Shown here in pieces: positions 17,801 through 28,021 of a stretch of 64,000 nt of DNA; position 1 is the first letter of the stretch, and the number at the start of each line of letters is the position of its first letter. Under the pieces are notes generated by a model, which did no database searches, had not been told where the DNA came from, and saw only the letters and a program-made list of their open reading frames with translations. A program made the position numbers and the translations under genes. Source of the DNA: an uncultured Clostridia bacterium (GTDB lineage Bacteria; Bacillota; Clostridia; Christensenellales; UBA1242); assembly GCA_944350115.1 (NCBI GenBank), contig CALVNZ010000001.1, forward strand, positions 24,483 through 88,482. Direction: 5' to 3'.

Positions 17801-20800
17801 TGTGATCGTGGATTCAACAGAAATCATTGAACGGCTGTTTGTCAAATATCCCGAATTTTGCCCAACAATCCCACCGAAATAGAATCCTGCGGCAGCTGGT
17901 GCGACATCAAATGTTACATAAAGTTTTGCGCCATCTGCCATTTCAACTTGTGCATTAGTGATAGTTCCGTTGTTTTGACCTGCAACCATACCAATATATG
18001 CAGAAGTCGTTGCGGATGAATTTAAAGTCACACTTTGAGTGTTTGCACTGCCAATTTTTATTTTAATATTTTTCAAAACAGTGCTTTCACTTACTGTGCC
18101 AAACAAACCGCCCGCAGAAACATTTCCAAACTCATATTTTGCGCTGTCAAAAATGAAATAATGATTATTGCCATCAAAAGTTGCAACAGCTGTGTTCAAA
18201 GGCACAAAACTTTCTGCTGGAACATTGATGTCGTTAAGCAAAATATAATTTCCGCCAGCGTCCATATTTAAGAATTCTTCATAAGTGGTGATAGGATTTG
18301 GGCTTTCCTCTGAGCCACGCATATAAGAGTAAATGCTAAATTCTGTGTAAATTTCAGTGTATCCTTCACCAGCCACACCGCCATCAGTTATTTTATCCAC
18401 CCAAACATAAACACCATTTTGAATTGCATATTGCCCTGAATACGAGAAGAAATAATGTCTGTTTTCTGGGTTATGAGCGATGTAAGTTGTAAGCGAATAA
18501 TCAGTTATTTTCATGTAAGGAGTTGTTATAGAAATTCCCGATGACAAAGTGCTTGTTGTAGCATCTTTCTTTTGCAAAGGAATAGGTTTAATTTGAATAG
18601 CGCTTGCATTGTTTGCGTTCAAATCTGTGTAATAAACCCAAGCCCCTTCATTTCTTAAAGTAAGCAAGAACGCAGCAACACTATTTGCAACCGATTGATT
18701 GTCAGTGTTGTATTCAATCATTCCTTCAAATGCTAGTTCCAAAGAAGTTTTATCGCCAACGGCAGAACTGATAACACCATTGTTCATGCCTAAAATGACA
18801 TCTTGATTAACATTATTTTGAGCATAGTAATTTATTACATATTCTAAAACCGTCAAATTTAATTCATCACTTGTTGTCACAAGCTCACCAAAAGCATCCT
18901 CTTTGCTTGCGCTAACAGAAAGCGTAAATTTGTTTGCATTATCAGAATAGTTTATTTCATTGTTAGTCAAAACTAAATAATAACCATCATCCCTTTTTTC
19001 AATTCTTCCAAGCTGTGGATTGGATGAATTCACAACCACGCTTTCGTCATCGAAGCCTTGATTTTGAATGTTAAGTTTATATTCCATGCCACGAGCGACT
19101 TGCGTTTTGTTTGGATAACCATCAATTTCAATAGAAACACCTTGTGACTTTAACAAAGAATATGTAAATGTTTTAGCAAAATTTTGTGGTGATTGTTCAA
19201 CAATGACATCTATCGCAACATCTGTTTCGTCAATAACAGCATTGTTTGAGAAAATATATCGAACATAAATCTGTCCATTAAATGCTCCATTTTTTTCTAA
19301 TTCACTTCTGTAAACTCTCGCCCCTTCTGCAGTTGCAACATAATTGATCGGTTTGAACACAACTTCATATCCACTTTCGTCTTTTTCTTGCAATTCAATA
19401 TAACCAACGGCAAATGAAGCAACCGAAGATCCTTCCAAATAATTCATTGCATTATTTTTGATGTAAATTGAATCAAAATCTGCGTCAACTGGCGAAACAG
19501 AAATTGAAAGAATTCCTGTTTGACCTGGAACGATTTTATCAGACTCTTGATCAATGTTTGACATTGAAGGATAGTTTGTTGCAACTATGACATCAACAGA
19601 CTCTCTTTTCAATGTCAATTTGACTTCTTTCGCAACGCTTTCGCCATTTGACTCCGCATAATAAACAACCGTGTATTCATCATAAATGTTGTTTGTAAAT
19701 CTGTTTTTAAACGCATTAGAAGCAACATCAACGGCAATCTTCACATCAAAAACCAAATTTTTGCCACTGGTGATAGTTATGTTAAACAAATGCTTTTCCG
19801 TTGCGTCAGTAGAATCAGCCTCTTTACTTGACATAGAGTCAATCTCTTCATAATTCGAATTATAAATTTTCACATGCAACTTATCGTTTAAATCATCAGA
19901 ACTTATGCTAACTTGATCTGCAACTGCATTTGAAGAAGTGATTGAATAAACATCAAGTTTAGAGTAAATTGCTTGTGCCCCTTCATAGAAATTTACGATA
20001 ACATTGTTAAGTGTTGTTACATTAAGCAAATATTTCTTGTCTTGAATTCCTGCATATATGCCAGCAGAAAGTGATATTTCGTCTGTGCCAGCTGTTTCTG
20101 ACAAATTCGTTTTCTTTGAGAAAACCACGCTGTTTGAAGAAGTTTCAAAATTACCATATTTCAAAGAGCCATCTTCGTTTTTCCCAACCACATCAATATC
20201 AAAATTTTTGTTTTGCGCAAGTTTGATGATATATTGATTATCTAACAACAATTCACCATCTGCTGAAATGTTTAAATCACCATCAACGCCATAAGCCAAA
20301 GACTTGCCGGTTGAATTTACATAAGACAATGAATAAGATGGTGAAACCAAAATTTCAACACTCTTATTAGAATAAACATTAAATTTCGTTTCATCGCCCA
20401 AAATTAAATTGTCTAATTTAAAAATCCCTGTTTGAATCCCATCAGCATAAGACTTGTAATCAAAGTAATTAATTATGTTTAAATATATGATTTCTCTTTG
20501 GTTTTCATTAAGCAAACTATAAACTTCAATTTGTGCGACACCCGTTCCCTTAATATACATTTCTCCCGTTGAACTAATTTCAAGGATTGAACTGTTAGAT
20601 TTAATTTGAACATCTTGCCCAACAATAGAAAGCGGATACAACAAGTCGCCAGGTTTAACTCTATTTAAAACATCAAGTTGCTTTTGAATTTCATTTAGAT
20701 TAGTTGTAGTAAACTCTGTCCCATCAAAATAGCTTTCAGCTTGGAAATAGTAAGCAAAGAAAACTTTTTCAGTGCATGTGCAACTTTCTTTGCCTCCACA

Positions 20801-23800
20801 ATCATCGCAATGAAGTTGGCTAAACCCAAAATCTTCATTCGCCGAAATAGAAAAACTGGTTGATTGCTTGTTGAACAATGCTCTATTTAAAATCTTGTTT
20901 TCGTTTTCATAAATAATTAAGTAGTCTCCATAATAAGCACTGGCGTCTGCGTAACTATTTATTATAATAGGTTGAGTTGTGCCTTGACTTTCGATAAATT
21001 CGCTATCGCATAAGCGGTTAATATAAGAAACTGGGGTCTCATAATAATTATCTTTTGCCCCACCATTAATTAAAATGGTGTTTATCTCTCCACTTACATC
21101 CATTTCCCCAACTGTTGCAGAGTTGTAATATGCTTCGTCTGCATAACGAATCCCCATAGAAGCAAATTCATTCATTCTCACGCCATCGTCAGTGGCTTCA
21201 ATTTTAATTAATGATTGTTGCCCTTTGTCATCAAAACCTAAACTAGCTTCATCTTTCACATTATAAATAATTAAACCAATTTCTTTACCACGAACAAACA
21301 CACGTGTTGTTGAACCATAAAGCGCACCACTTTGCAAATTACCAACAAGACCGCCAACATTGCTTGCCCAAATTTCTCCGCCTGCCAAAATATTGTAAAT
21401 ATTGCCAGAAGAAGAAAGTCCCGCAATGGCACCAGCCGTTCCCACTAAATTTTTATTATAATCTTTTTCAGTTCCATTAAACACTTTAATGAGGGCATAA
21501 ACAGAATAAGTTGAATAACCATAAAAGCCTTCTTTGTCGTCAAGGTCAAAAATATCTCCACTATTTTCGCCACAAATTCCACCAACAGTGACATCTCCAT
21601 TTACTGTTATGGTCAAATAATCTTCAAACAGAACATTAAGTTTTCTTGTAGATGTGCTTTCAGTGTTTGTTACGCTTGAAATCGTGCCTTGATTTTGTGC
21701 CACAACACCGCCAATAACAGACTTTTGTGCGCAACTGATTGTTGATTGTCCTATTAAAAATTCACAATTTTCTATTGTTCCTTTATTAACACTTGCTAGC
21801 AACCCTACTTTAATTTGAGAATCGTTGTTAATATTAAAATTTCCCTCAAAAACAATATTAGAAATTTTAGCTCCGCTTGCTATTTCTTCAAACAATCCAT
21901 AATTTCCTTGATTGCCTTTGCTTATGTTCAGTCCCGTAATTTTTGCATTGTCGTTTAAACCAACTATCGAGCCTGAAAAGCTTCCTTGAATTGGCAAACT
22001 AGACGCATAGCCAGCCATATTTATGGTTGAACTTAAACTATAATGCGCTTTAAGTGAAGCTGGGGTGCTTCCAATATTTAAAATATCTTCTGGATCTAAA
22101 AGAGCGTAAGGATTGCTTTCTGTTCCATCTTGATAAGTGACATTAAATTTCAATGTATTATTTACATATGTTGAAATAACTTGACCATCGCTCATCCAAG
22201 AGGTTGGGACAATTTCGAGCAAACCTGCAAATTTACCATTAAACGCTTGTGTTAAAACTTCTTCGTTTAATGATACTGAAACAGTCCAAATGCCACTTCC
22301 AGCATAAGTTTCTTTTTTGACAATATCCTGACTTAAAATGAGTGAAGGCAATTCCATTGAAGAATTTTGATTTGTGTATAAAACAGTTATGCCAGTTTCA
22401 GTAATGTCGTTGGGCCCTAAAAAAACTCCAATTTCAAATGACTTCTCTCCTGCTGTGAAACTGATGTCATCTTTGCCCATATTGCTGTAAATAGTTTGAA
22501 CATTTGCATATTGAGAACCTTTGATGGTGATCGGATAATATCTTGTCGTTCCATATTGTCTTAAAGAAGCATACATAACAAAGCTAAATGTTTGCCCTTG
22601 ATTTTTGTTAATTGTAAAAGTCATAGATGTTGAATCAAAAGTTCCATAATATTGGCTAGAATTCATGCCAATTCTATAAACATTTCCGTAAACCATCTGC
22701 GTTGTGGCTATCCAATTCCCATTTTTGTTTTCGAAAATTTGAGCGCCATCAACTAGCCAATAAACATATTGTAAGTTGTAAGTTTTGTTTTCGTATGTTT
22801 CATTGATTGGGTTGTAAAATCCATAAGCCACATTAGGTTTTACGGAAGCTGAAAAACTCACTGTTTGTAAACTTGAATCGGAAACAGTGTTGCCAACAAA
22901 CAATTCCACATTAGATGAATTATTATTGGTTCTCGTGTTTGAAACAACGAAAGAACTTGTTGGCACATATGAAACCAAAACAATTTTAATTTTTTTCACT
23001 GTGTCTGATTTTTTCATAAAATTTTCATCGACAGTAACGCCAGAAACGGAAAATATTATTTCTGCCTCCCCATATGTGTTTGTTGTGATTGTGTATGCGC
23101 CATTTCCAGCAGAAACAATTTTTGCCAAATTTTCGTAATTTGAAGAATAAGAAACATTGCTAAATATTTCAATGCCATTGGATGATAAAAGTTGAATTGT
23201 GGCATATTTGCCAAAGGACACTTCTTCACCACTAGCAAAATTTTGCATGATAATTTTCATCCCGTCTGCAAAATCATCGCCTAGTCCTGTCAACTTTTCT
23301 GTTGATTGAACGCCATCATTACCAAGTCCTGCCAAAGTTACTGAAAGATCTTCAAAAGTATCAATAACTTTAAAAGTAACATTTATTTTGACGCCATTAT
23401 CCAAAACCACGCTGTAAGTTGCTTGCCCTGTTTTGCGAGGAGTTAAATTTAAAACAACATAATATCGGTTTTCTCCTGCTTCAATTTTTCGATTTACAGA
23501 ATCATAGCTAACACCAATAACAGACTCATCGCCTTCAACAAATGTCACTGTCGCATAACTGAAAAGTTGATTAGCATAAATGCCTTCAAAAACATTATTT
23601 TTTGAACTTGAAGAAACAAAAACGCCTGAATTTATATTCGTTTCATCATATCTGTAAATTTCATTGTTAAATGAAAGCGAAGTCGCGCCTTGGCAAATTT
23701 GATAATAAACAGTGTAACTTGGAGCAACTTCATCTTCACCTATGAATTCGCTTACAACGGTGAAAACAATTTCGTCATATTCAAGCGATTCAACATTACT

Positions 23801-25279
23801 TGCAACCCCTCTAATTTCAACAGGAATGTTAATATCTTTTTTAAGAATTAAGTCACCTGAATTTAAATAAGTTCCGTTTTGTCTCACAGAAACTTTATTC
23901 TCATCAAAAACAACCATCACACCTTCGTAATCAGAACCGGTGTCGTAAACTTTTAAATTTAATGTTTTCCATCCAAAATTTGAAGAATCATAATTGTTGT
24001 ATAATGTAAATTTGTTGCTTTCTGAATTTTGGTCTACATCATTAATAATAATGTTGTTTGGCGCGACATTAATATCAACATTAAGAGTCAAAGTCTGGCA
24101 AACTGAACTATCATCACTAATCTCAAAACTGTTGTCACCAATTTTATAAAAAACTTTTAAAACAAGCGTTGTTTCTTGAGAAATCAAAGTCGAACTTTCA
24201 ATTTGCAAATCAAAACTCATTGTGCCATCGCCGTTGTCAATCACCTCTCCTTTTTGGACTGAAAGCACCGATGAATTTTCTGCTTGATAACTAAACTGAA
24301 CAAACGAATTTTCTTGCACAGGTTTTAAAAGTCCTGATTGCGACTTATCAATCAAACTATAAGGAATTGTAACGTTCAAATTAACAACGTTTTCTTGCGT
24401 TTTGCTATTTACAATTATGTTTAATTCATCGTTATTAACAATTGTTTCGCCTTTGTCATTTAAAACTTGTATTGCTTGGTCATTTGTAAATCCAAAAATA
24501 GTGTAAAAAGTCATTGGAACGAACAAAGTTTTTTCTTCTTTAACCCCATCTATGTATTCGTAAAAATCATATTTGGCATAAACTAAAATTTCGTTTCCAT
24601 CAACAATGCCCTGATCAAATATATTGTTGTTAATCTGCCCATTTTCAAAATAATATCTTACAACTTTGTTGCCAGTGCTTTCATCTGTTTCAAGTTTTGC
24701 ATATGCAAACAAATTGTTGTCCCCTGCGTTTTCTGGGACATCGGTTCTGTAAAAAGATAAAGAGGTTTCTGTCGAGTTGCTGTCAAAATTAAACAATGCT
24801 TCTGTTGGATAAAAAACAGAGTTTTCTGAAACATACAAAAGCACATCATCTTTTAATGAAATTGAGCTTGAATATTGCTTTACATTAATTTCAACACTGC
24901 ATGTTTTTGACCCTTCTGTTGTCATTGCAACAAGGGTTGTTTTTCCTCCACTCACACCAACAAGTTGAACAACCGTTTTTGCACCTTCTTGACTTAAAAC
25001 TTTTAATGAAACATGTTCGCTAGTTCCTTGGGAAACAGACGAGTCAATAAGCGAAAAACTAATTTCGCTATTGATTGAATCAACATAATTGCCAATGGTA
25101 AATTCCACTGTGTCTGTTTCTCCAACAAATAATGTGACAGAAGTTTTGTTTGCTGACAAAGTTATTTTTGATGCTGGCGATTCACCACAACCAGCAAAAA
25201 AGATGCCTGAGAGCAAGAAAACTGCCCCCAAGCTAAGCGCTAAAAACATCTTTTTAAAACAATAACTTAATCTTTTCAT
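14852..25279 (-). CDS. Giant surface lipoprotein A (3,475 aa): N-terminal lipobox, Ig-like repeats, three GLUG-motif beta-helix modules
   Basis: Uninterrupted 10.4-kb ORF with SD GGAG 4-5 nt upstream. The signal peptide ends FFAGC-GES. The N-terminal third is made of about 90-100-aa beta-rich repeats. GLUG-type modules start near nt 22150 (ESNPYALLDPEDILNIG..), 18310 (PNPITTYEEFLNMDAGGNYILLNDINV..FDGNNHYF) and 16990 (AYNPYIIHSPETMEDYF..FKGNLEANGMKISGIKI), each followed by many GG[LIV][VIF]G repeats. No LPXTG or C-terminal TM. Confidence 0.9.
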   Translation of the reverse strand: MKRLSYCFKKMFLALSLGAVFLLSGIFFAGCGESPASKITLSANKTSVTLFVGETDTVEFTIGNYVDSINSEISFSLIDSSVSQGTSEHVSLKVLSQEGAKTVVQLVGVSGGKTTLVAMTTEGSKTCSVEINVKQYSSSISLKDDVLLYVSENSVFYPTEALFNFDSNSTETSLSFYRTDVPENAGDNNLFAYAKLETDESTGNKVVRYYFENGQINNNIFDQGIVDGNEILVYAKYDFYEYIDGVKEEKTLFVPMTFYTIFGFTNDQAIQVLNDKGETIVNNDELNIIVNSKTQENVVNLNVTIPYSLIDKSQSGLLKPVQENSFVQFSYQAENSSVLSVQKGEVIDNGDGTMSFDLQIESSTLISQETTLVLKVFYKIGDNSFEISDDSSVCQTLTLNVDINVAPNNIIINDVDQNSESNKFTLYNNYDSSNFGWKTLNLKVYDTGSDYEGVMVVFDENKVSVRQNGTYLNSGDLILKKDINIPVEIRGVASNVESLEYDEIVFTVVSEFIGEDEVAPSYTVYYQICQGATSLSFNNEIYRYDETNINSGVFVSSSSKNNVFEGIYANQLFSYATVTFVEGDESVIGVSYDSVNRKIEAGENRYYVVLNLTPRKTGQATYSVVLDNGVKINVTFKVIDTFEDLSVTLAGLGNDGVQSTEKLTGLGDDFADGMKIIMQNFASGEEVSFGKYATIQLLSSNGIEIFSNVSYSSNYENLAKIVSAGNGAYTITTNTYGEAEIIFSVSGVTVDENFMKKSDTVKKIKIVLVSYVPTSSFVVSNTRTNNNSSNVELFVGNTVSDSSLQTVSFSASVKPNVAYGFYNPINETYENKTYNLQYVYWLVDGAQIFENKNGNWIATTQMVYGNVYRIGMNSSQYYGTFDSTSMTFTINKNQGQTFSFVMYASLRQYGTTRYYPITIKGSQYANVQTIYSNMGKDDISFTAGEKSFEIGVFLGPNDITETGITVLYTNQNSSMELPSLILSQDIVKKETYAGSGIWTVSVSLNEEVLTQAFNGKFAGLLEIVPTSWMSDGQVISTYVNNTLKFNVTYQDGTESNPYALLDPEDILNIGSTPASLKAHYSLSSTINMAGYASSLPIQGSFSGSIVGLNDNAKITGLNISKGNQGNYGLFEEIASGAKISNIVFEGNFNINNDSQIKVGLLASVNKGTIENCEFLIGQSTISCAQKSVIGGVVAQNQGTISSVTNTESTSTRKLNVLFEDYLTITVNGDVTVGGICGENSGDIFDLDDKEGFYGYSTYSVYALIKVFNGTEKDYNKNLVGTAGAIAGLSSSGNIYNILAGGEIWASNVGGLVGNLQSGALYGSTTRVFVRGKEIGLIIYNVKDEASLGFDDKGQQSLIKIEATDDGVRMNEFASMGIRYADEAYYNSATVGEMDVSGEINTILINGGAKDNYYETPVSYINRLCDSEFIESQGTTQPIIINSYADASAYYGDYLIIYENENKILNRALFNKQSTSFSISANEDFGFSQLHCDDCGGKESCTCTEKVFFAYYFQAESYFDGTEFTTTNLNEIQKQLDVLNRVKPGDLLYPLSIVGQDVQIKSNSSILEISSTGEMYIKGTGVAQIEVYSLLNENQREIIYLNIINYFDYKSYADGIQTGIFKLDNLILGDETKFNVYSNKSVEILVSPSYSLSYVNSTGKSLAYGVDGDLNISADGELLLDNQYIIKLAQNKNFDIDVVGKNEDGSLKYGNFETSSNSVVFSKKTNLSETAGTDEISLSAGIYAGIQDKKYLLNVTTLNNVIVNFYEGAQAIYSKLDVYSITSSNAVADQVSISSDDLNDKLHVKIYNSNYEEIDSMSSKEADSTDATEKHLFNITITSGKNLVFDVKIAVDVASNAFKNRFTNNIYDEYTVVYYAESNGESVAKEVKLTLKRESVDVIVATNYPSMSNIDQESDKIVPGQTGILSISVSPVDADFDSIYIKNNAMNYLEGSSVASFAVGYIELQEKDESGYEVVFKPINYVATAEGARVYRSELEKNGAFNGQIYVRYIFSNNAVIDETDVAIDVIVEQSPQNFAKTFTYSLLKSQGVSIEIDGYPNKTQVARGMEYKLNIQNQGFDDESVVVNSSNPQLGRIEKRDDGYYLVLTNNEINYSDNANKFTLSVSASKEDAFGELVTTSDELNLTVLEYVINYYAQNNVNQDVILGMNNGVISSAVGDKTSLELAFEGMIEYNTDNQSVANSVAAFLLTLRNEGAWVYYTDLNANNASAIQIKPIPLQKKDATTSTLSSGISITTPYMKITDYSLTTYIAHNPENRHYFFSYSGQYAIQNGVYVWVDKITDGGVAGEGYTEIYTEFSIYSYMRGSEESPNPITTYEEFLNMDAGGNYILLNDINVPAESFVPLNTAVATFDGNNHYFIFDSAKYEFGNVSAGGLFGTVSESTVLKNIKIKIGSANTQSVTLNSSATTSAYIGMVAGQNNGTITNAQVEMADGAKLYVTFDVAPAAAGFYFGGIVGQNSGYLTNSRSMISVESTITMGGVAGVNSKIISSSAFKEGNLISRSQYATIFSVGGFVAENTENATIMTSYTSGIVDMSKPYSDEEVNGKTSQIDSRVSAGAFIHTNKGTVSDCYANLPVLSDSSSAGFVLYNEGKIVRSFTTSKILRGNSAVDYYFASDSSGSFEDCYYITGEINASLFNKTFEGVTGLNYYKDEQKDEEKDEEKDEEKGEQNDFEDLTKYFANYSYSSNPSYNSVWFYSKGSTSSEFNGTQFAGGRLELVSANLVATGQRVSAGTSVSQDGVVTYLYETAPNSPANGTAYNPYIIHSPETMEDYFSTPNNIADGYYRIVKDIDYSSQVSNFSNLYKITFKGNLEANGMKISGIKITSNDSLNYAGLFGSVSGTSTKYATIMNLNLQPKLVDFANANVVGSLSGLVQYANIYNITVYASTTTSETTDVDSLITASGKNIVGGVIGLTQGEFAIKNVDAYISAFATFVPAVTNENDFETSDLDKASFAGGIVGYLGGRGQASIITIKNGAVNITGAKAGLMFGGISSQSKADQISVNINAEMYIKAYSYGGMIAGELKGSISNVYVYGLGVQHQIFELKPYVATAVGGLVGLAKDSATIYLAYMGQGFAVGNQPIATVDVNTINYVGGLIGLVDGGSVKVSRTVVDADLTARNVLGGLIGQVSANTNFVTVDQVAIKPSTLKVEGQNTKPVVGGIIGNVESQIVTSTEGQSSYTGAGISVQNSYVQADITMETFAYTSEMEVNFGGIIGNTNNLTPSLDTIYSTSKFNITVEDKSSTDATANVQRKYYSNSGTTTFLDSFKIGDSNYIDADVANNDTAKDVVFENKVKQTTNVNYVFNSSIWSYKGQQDDILNKNFTTIKARKYLSDIYIYQNEYGTDVFAANGGSSLGDLAFAQRLNLDRYKGLFMTLDGKDLSGKSASDIAKIVGANIVENGTYETNISEFASETLYKYVGLTVSDDDTITLNFVEVGSRIWNASLTDFSTLAFEELLKI
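17219..17278 (-). repeat. 12-nt tandem repeat x5 (3 perfect) encoding (KDEE)n acidic linker inside giant gene A
   Basis: Plus-strand unit cttttcctcgtc repeated. It encodes KDEQKDEEKDEEKDEEKGEQ. Confidence 0.95.
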
Positions 25280-25291
25280 TTGCTCCTTTCT

Positions 25292-28021
25292 TTATTCATT
25301 CGAGCCCTGGAATATTGATTGAATATAATCATGAGCAACGACTTGAATCATCGTTCTGTTTGTAGGCCCCGTAATTAAGAATGCTTGACCTAACCCAGCA
25401 GTAACGATGGCGTTTTGTTCTTCTTCATTAATACCACCTGATTTTTTATAAAGATCAACAAGGTCATTTATGTCATTAGGTGCAAGAGAGAAAATTAATG
25501 AATATTGACATGCGTTGATAACAGCCGTCGATTGACGTTTAATTTCTTCTGAACCAACAAAGTCCGCAAGGTTTTGAGTGATGACAATTTGCATACCCCA
25601 ATATTTTCTAATACGTTTTGCCATTTGAGCCATAAAGTCCAAAGCGATTGGGAAATTTGGGTTAATGAAAAGGTGGGCTTCATCGACGGCAATAACAATT
25701 TTTCTATTGTTCGCCTTGTCACCTTTATGATACTTCAAATTGAAATCTTTATTATTGATGATTTCGTTGTTTAAGTATCTAAACACCAACATCATTTGCG
25801 CGTTAGTCAACAATGGGTTGTTGTTTGCAAACAAGGATTGAAAGTTGAAGCAAACAAAGTTTTCGTTTGTTTCAATAGAAGTTGGGCCATTCCAAAGCTT
25901 TGAGTTTCTTCCACCAGTGGCAAACTTTTTGATATAAGCTTCAATCGTCATCAAATTTCTAAGCGTAAAATCATCTTTTGCTGTTTTAATTCTTTGAAGC
26001 ACCAAATTGTATAGGTCATCAAAAATTGGATAATCTTCAGGTTTTTTGTCGCCTAAATATGTGTTTTCATCAATCTTTTTAAGTTTATATGTGTCAACAA
26101 TAAGCGAGTTTAAAAGTTCAAACGCGTCTGAGTTTATCCCAAATAAAATGTTTCTAAAAAACTGTTCCAAGAATTGCAAGTGTTGGGAATAAGAATCGTT
26201 GACTTTTTGAACAGCCTTTTTTTTCTTTTTCGCCTTGAATGTCACTTCGTCAAATTCGTCAGAATCTTCCTCTTCTTCATTTTGTTCTTCTTCACTCTCA
26301 TCAAGAGACGCAATGATGTGGAAAGGATTAATAATACCATAAAGAGAAGATCCAACGTCGATATATTTTCCGCCCAAAGATTCGGTTAAATAAGCATATT
26401 CTTTTTCTGGGTCGATAATAAAAATTTTGCAGTTGTCAGCTGCCAAGTTGGCAAGCAAGGTTTTTGTTGCATAAGATTTTCCAGAACCGGACTTACCAAT
26501 AACCATCATATTTGAGTTGACTCTAACGTTATTTCTTGCAAAGAAGTCTATGAAAACTGGATATTCGTTGTCACCTAAATAAATCCCATTGTCATCTTGC
26601 AACGCGCTTGAAATAAAAGGAAACACTGCTGCAAGAGTTGATGTTGGGATTCCCCTTTTATAACCTTTCACGCTATCTCTTTGAGAAATATTTGTGCTGA
26701 TAAAAGCATCTTGCTGACGAGCAAACATTTCGCTAAACTTAAATCCGCTTTGTTTAAGCATTGCTTTAACGTCACGCTTTGCAGCATCTTCACAAGTTAT
26801 GTATGTGTTTACATCGTAAAGTTGTTGGTTATTATTTTTTAAGTTGACGAGCAAGTCTTTAAGAGTGTCAACGTGAGTTTGAAGTTCAATTTGGCTGGAC
26901 GAACGCCCTGTTCTATAAAGTTTGCTCTCCATATCCATAATAGCCTTGTCTATTGATCGTTCAGCATTTGATTTTGGCACTTGCGCAAATTTCATGACAA
27001 CTTTTGTTCTGTCAAGCAAGAATATGTCTGAACCCCAAGCATTGCCAACATTCAAAGGATAGTCAGTAATTGCATAAGTTCTAAAAGCATTTCCATCAAT
27101 GGTGTATTTTGCAGCCTTAAATTTAATTTCTTTTGGTCTTGCCCATTCAACATATTGAGAAATTGGAATACTTTCGAGCTCTCTTTGGTCAAACTCTCTT
27201 CCATAATTAGCTCTTAAAAATATGGTCAGTTCTTGCCCATACAATCTCTTTGCACTCATTGGTGCAAGCGAACTTGCCAAGGAATTGATCATGCCGTTGA
27301 CAGTGTTTTCCAAAAGTTCCAAATCTTTGTCATAAACGATAACGTAAAAATGATCTTTGTAAACTTTGTCTTTTCTATTCAAATTTTCCATAAAGGAAAC
27401 TCTTTCTTCAAAAATAGGCGAACGCACATCAACCTCTTTTTCAGAAAACTGTCCTTCATATTGCATTTCAAGCAACAGCTCATATTTTTTATTTTCAGAA
27501 TATATGTAATTGTCTAAAATCATTGCAAGGTTAAGTTTAATGATAGAGCAAGTTTGATCTGGTGTAAGTCTACGCAACGCGTTTGCAAAACTTTCAATAA
27601 CGTTGTCTTGCGTATATTCAGTGAGCAGTCCAAAAAGCACTGGTTTTATTTCAATAACCTGTCCATAGTAGCTCCCAAAATTTATAAACCTGTCTTGATA
27701 AATGCTTTCAAAAGGAATGATTTCTTTTATATCACCTTTTTTATTTTTGCCAGGATTGTTAGAAAACTTTTTCTTCTGCGCCATAAACCTAAACAAGTGT
27801 GCACAAGTGACATACAATCTTTCATCATCAGCAACTTTAATAAAAGTGGCGATATAAAAAATCGTGAAAACTCCGGCGATCCAATAATGTCCTGGGAAGT
27901 TTGAAGCAAACAAAATAATGGCAATAGCCCCGCCCAAAACCATAAGTATCAAATCAAGACCTGTGATTCCACGAATAAACTCAAGTTTAACTTTGGTCTT
28001 TCTAGGAATAATTCTTTGCAT
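25292..28021 (-). CDS. VirB4-family type IV secretion ATPase with N-terminal VirB3/PrgI-like two-TM segment
   Basis: Walker A is VIGKSGSGKSYATK followed by IFIIDPEKEY. Walker B is IVIAVDEAHLF, followed by RKYWGMQIVITQNLADF, matching Gram-positive VirB4 (TcpF/PrgJ/TraE-like) motif order. The N-terminus has two hydrophobic helices (LILMVLGGAIAIILFASNF, YWIAGVFTIFYIATFIKV). Start set to the ATG at 28021 (AAGGAG 7 nt upstream) rather than 28027. Confidence 0.85.
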   Translation of the reverse strand: MQRIIPRKTKVKLEFIRGITGLDLILMVLGGAIAIILFASNFPGHYWIAGVFTIFYIATFIKVADDERLYVTCAHLFRFMAQKKKFSNNPGKNKKGDIKEIIPFESIYQDRFINFGSYYGQVIEIKPVLFGLLTEYTQDNVIESFANALRRLTPDQTCSIIKLNLAMILDNYIYSENKKYELLLEMQYEGQFSEKEVDVRSPIFEERVSFMENLNRKDKVYKDHFYVIVYDKDLELLENTVNGMINSLASSLAPMSAKRLYGQELTIFLRANYGREFDQRELESIPISQYVEWARPKEIKFKAAKYTIDGNAFRTYAITDYPLNVGNAWGSDIFLLDRTKVVMKFAQVPKSNAERSIDKAIMDMESKLYRTGRSSSQIELQTHVDTLKDLLVNLKNNNQQLYDVNTYITCEDAAKRDVKAMLKQSGFKFSEMFARQQDAFISTNISQRDSVKGYKRGIPTSTLAAVFPFISSALQDDNGIYLGDNEYPVFIDFFARNNVRVNSNMMVIGKSGSGKSYATKTLLANLAADNCKIFIIDPEKEYAYLTESLGGKYIDVGSSLYGIINPFHIIASLDESEEEQNEEEEDSDEFDEVTFKAKKKKKAVQKVNDSYSQHLQFLEQFFRNILFGINSDAFELLNSLIVDTYKLKKIDENTYLGDKKPEDYPIFDDLYNLVLQRIKTAKDDFTLRNLMTIEAYIKKFATGGRNSKLWNGPTSIETNENFVCFNFQSLFANNNPLLTNAQMMLVFRYLNNEIINNKDFNLKYHKGDKANNRKIVIAVDEAHLFINPNFPIALDFMAQMAKRIRKYWGMQIVITQNLADFVGSEEIKRQSTAVINACQYSLIFSLAPNDINDLVDLYKKSGGINEEEQNAIVTAGLGQAFLITGPTNRTMIQVVAHDYIQSIFQGSNE

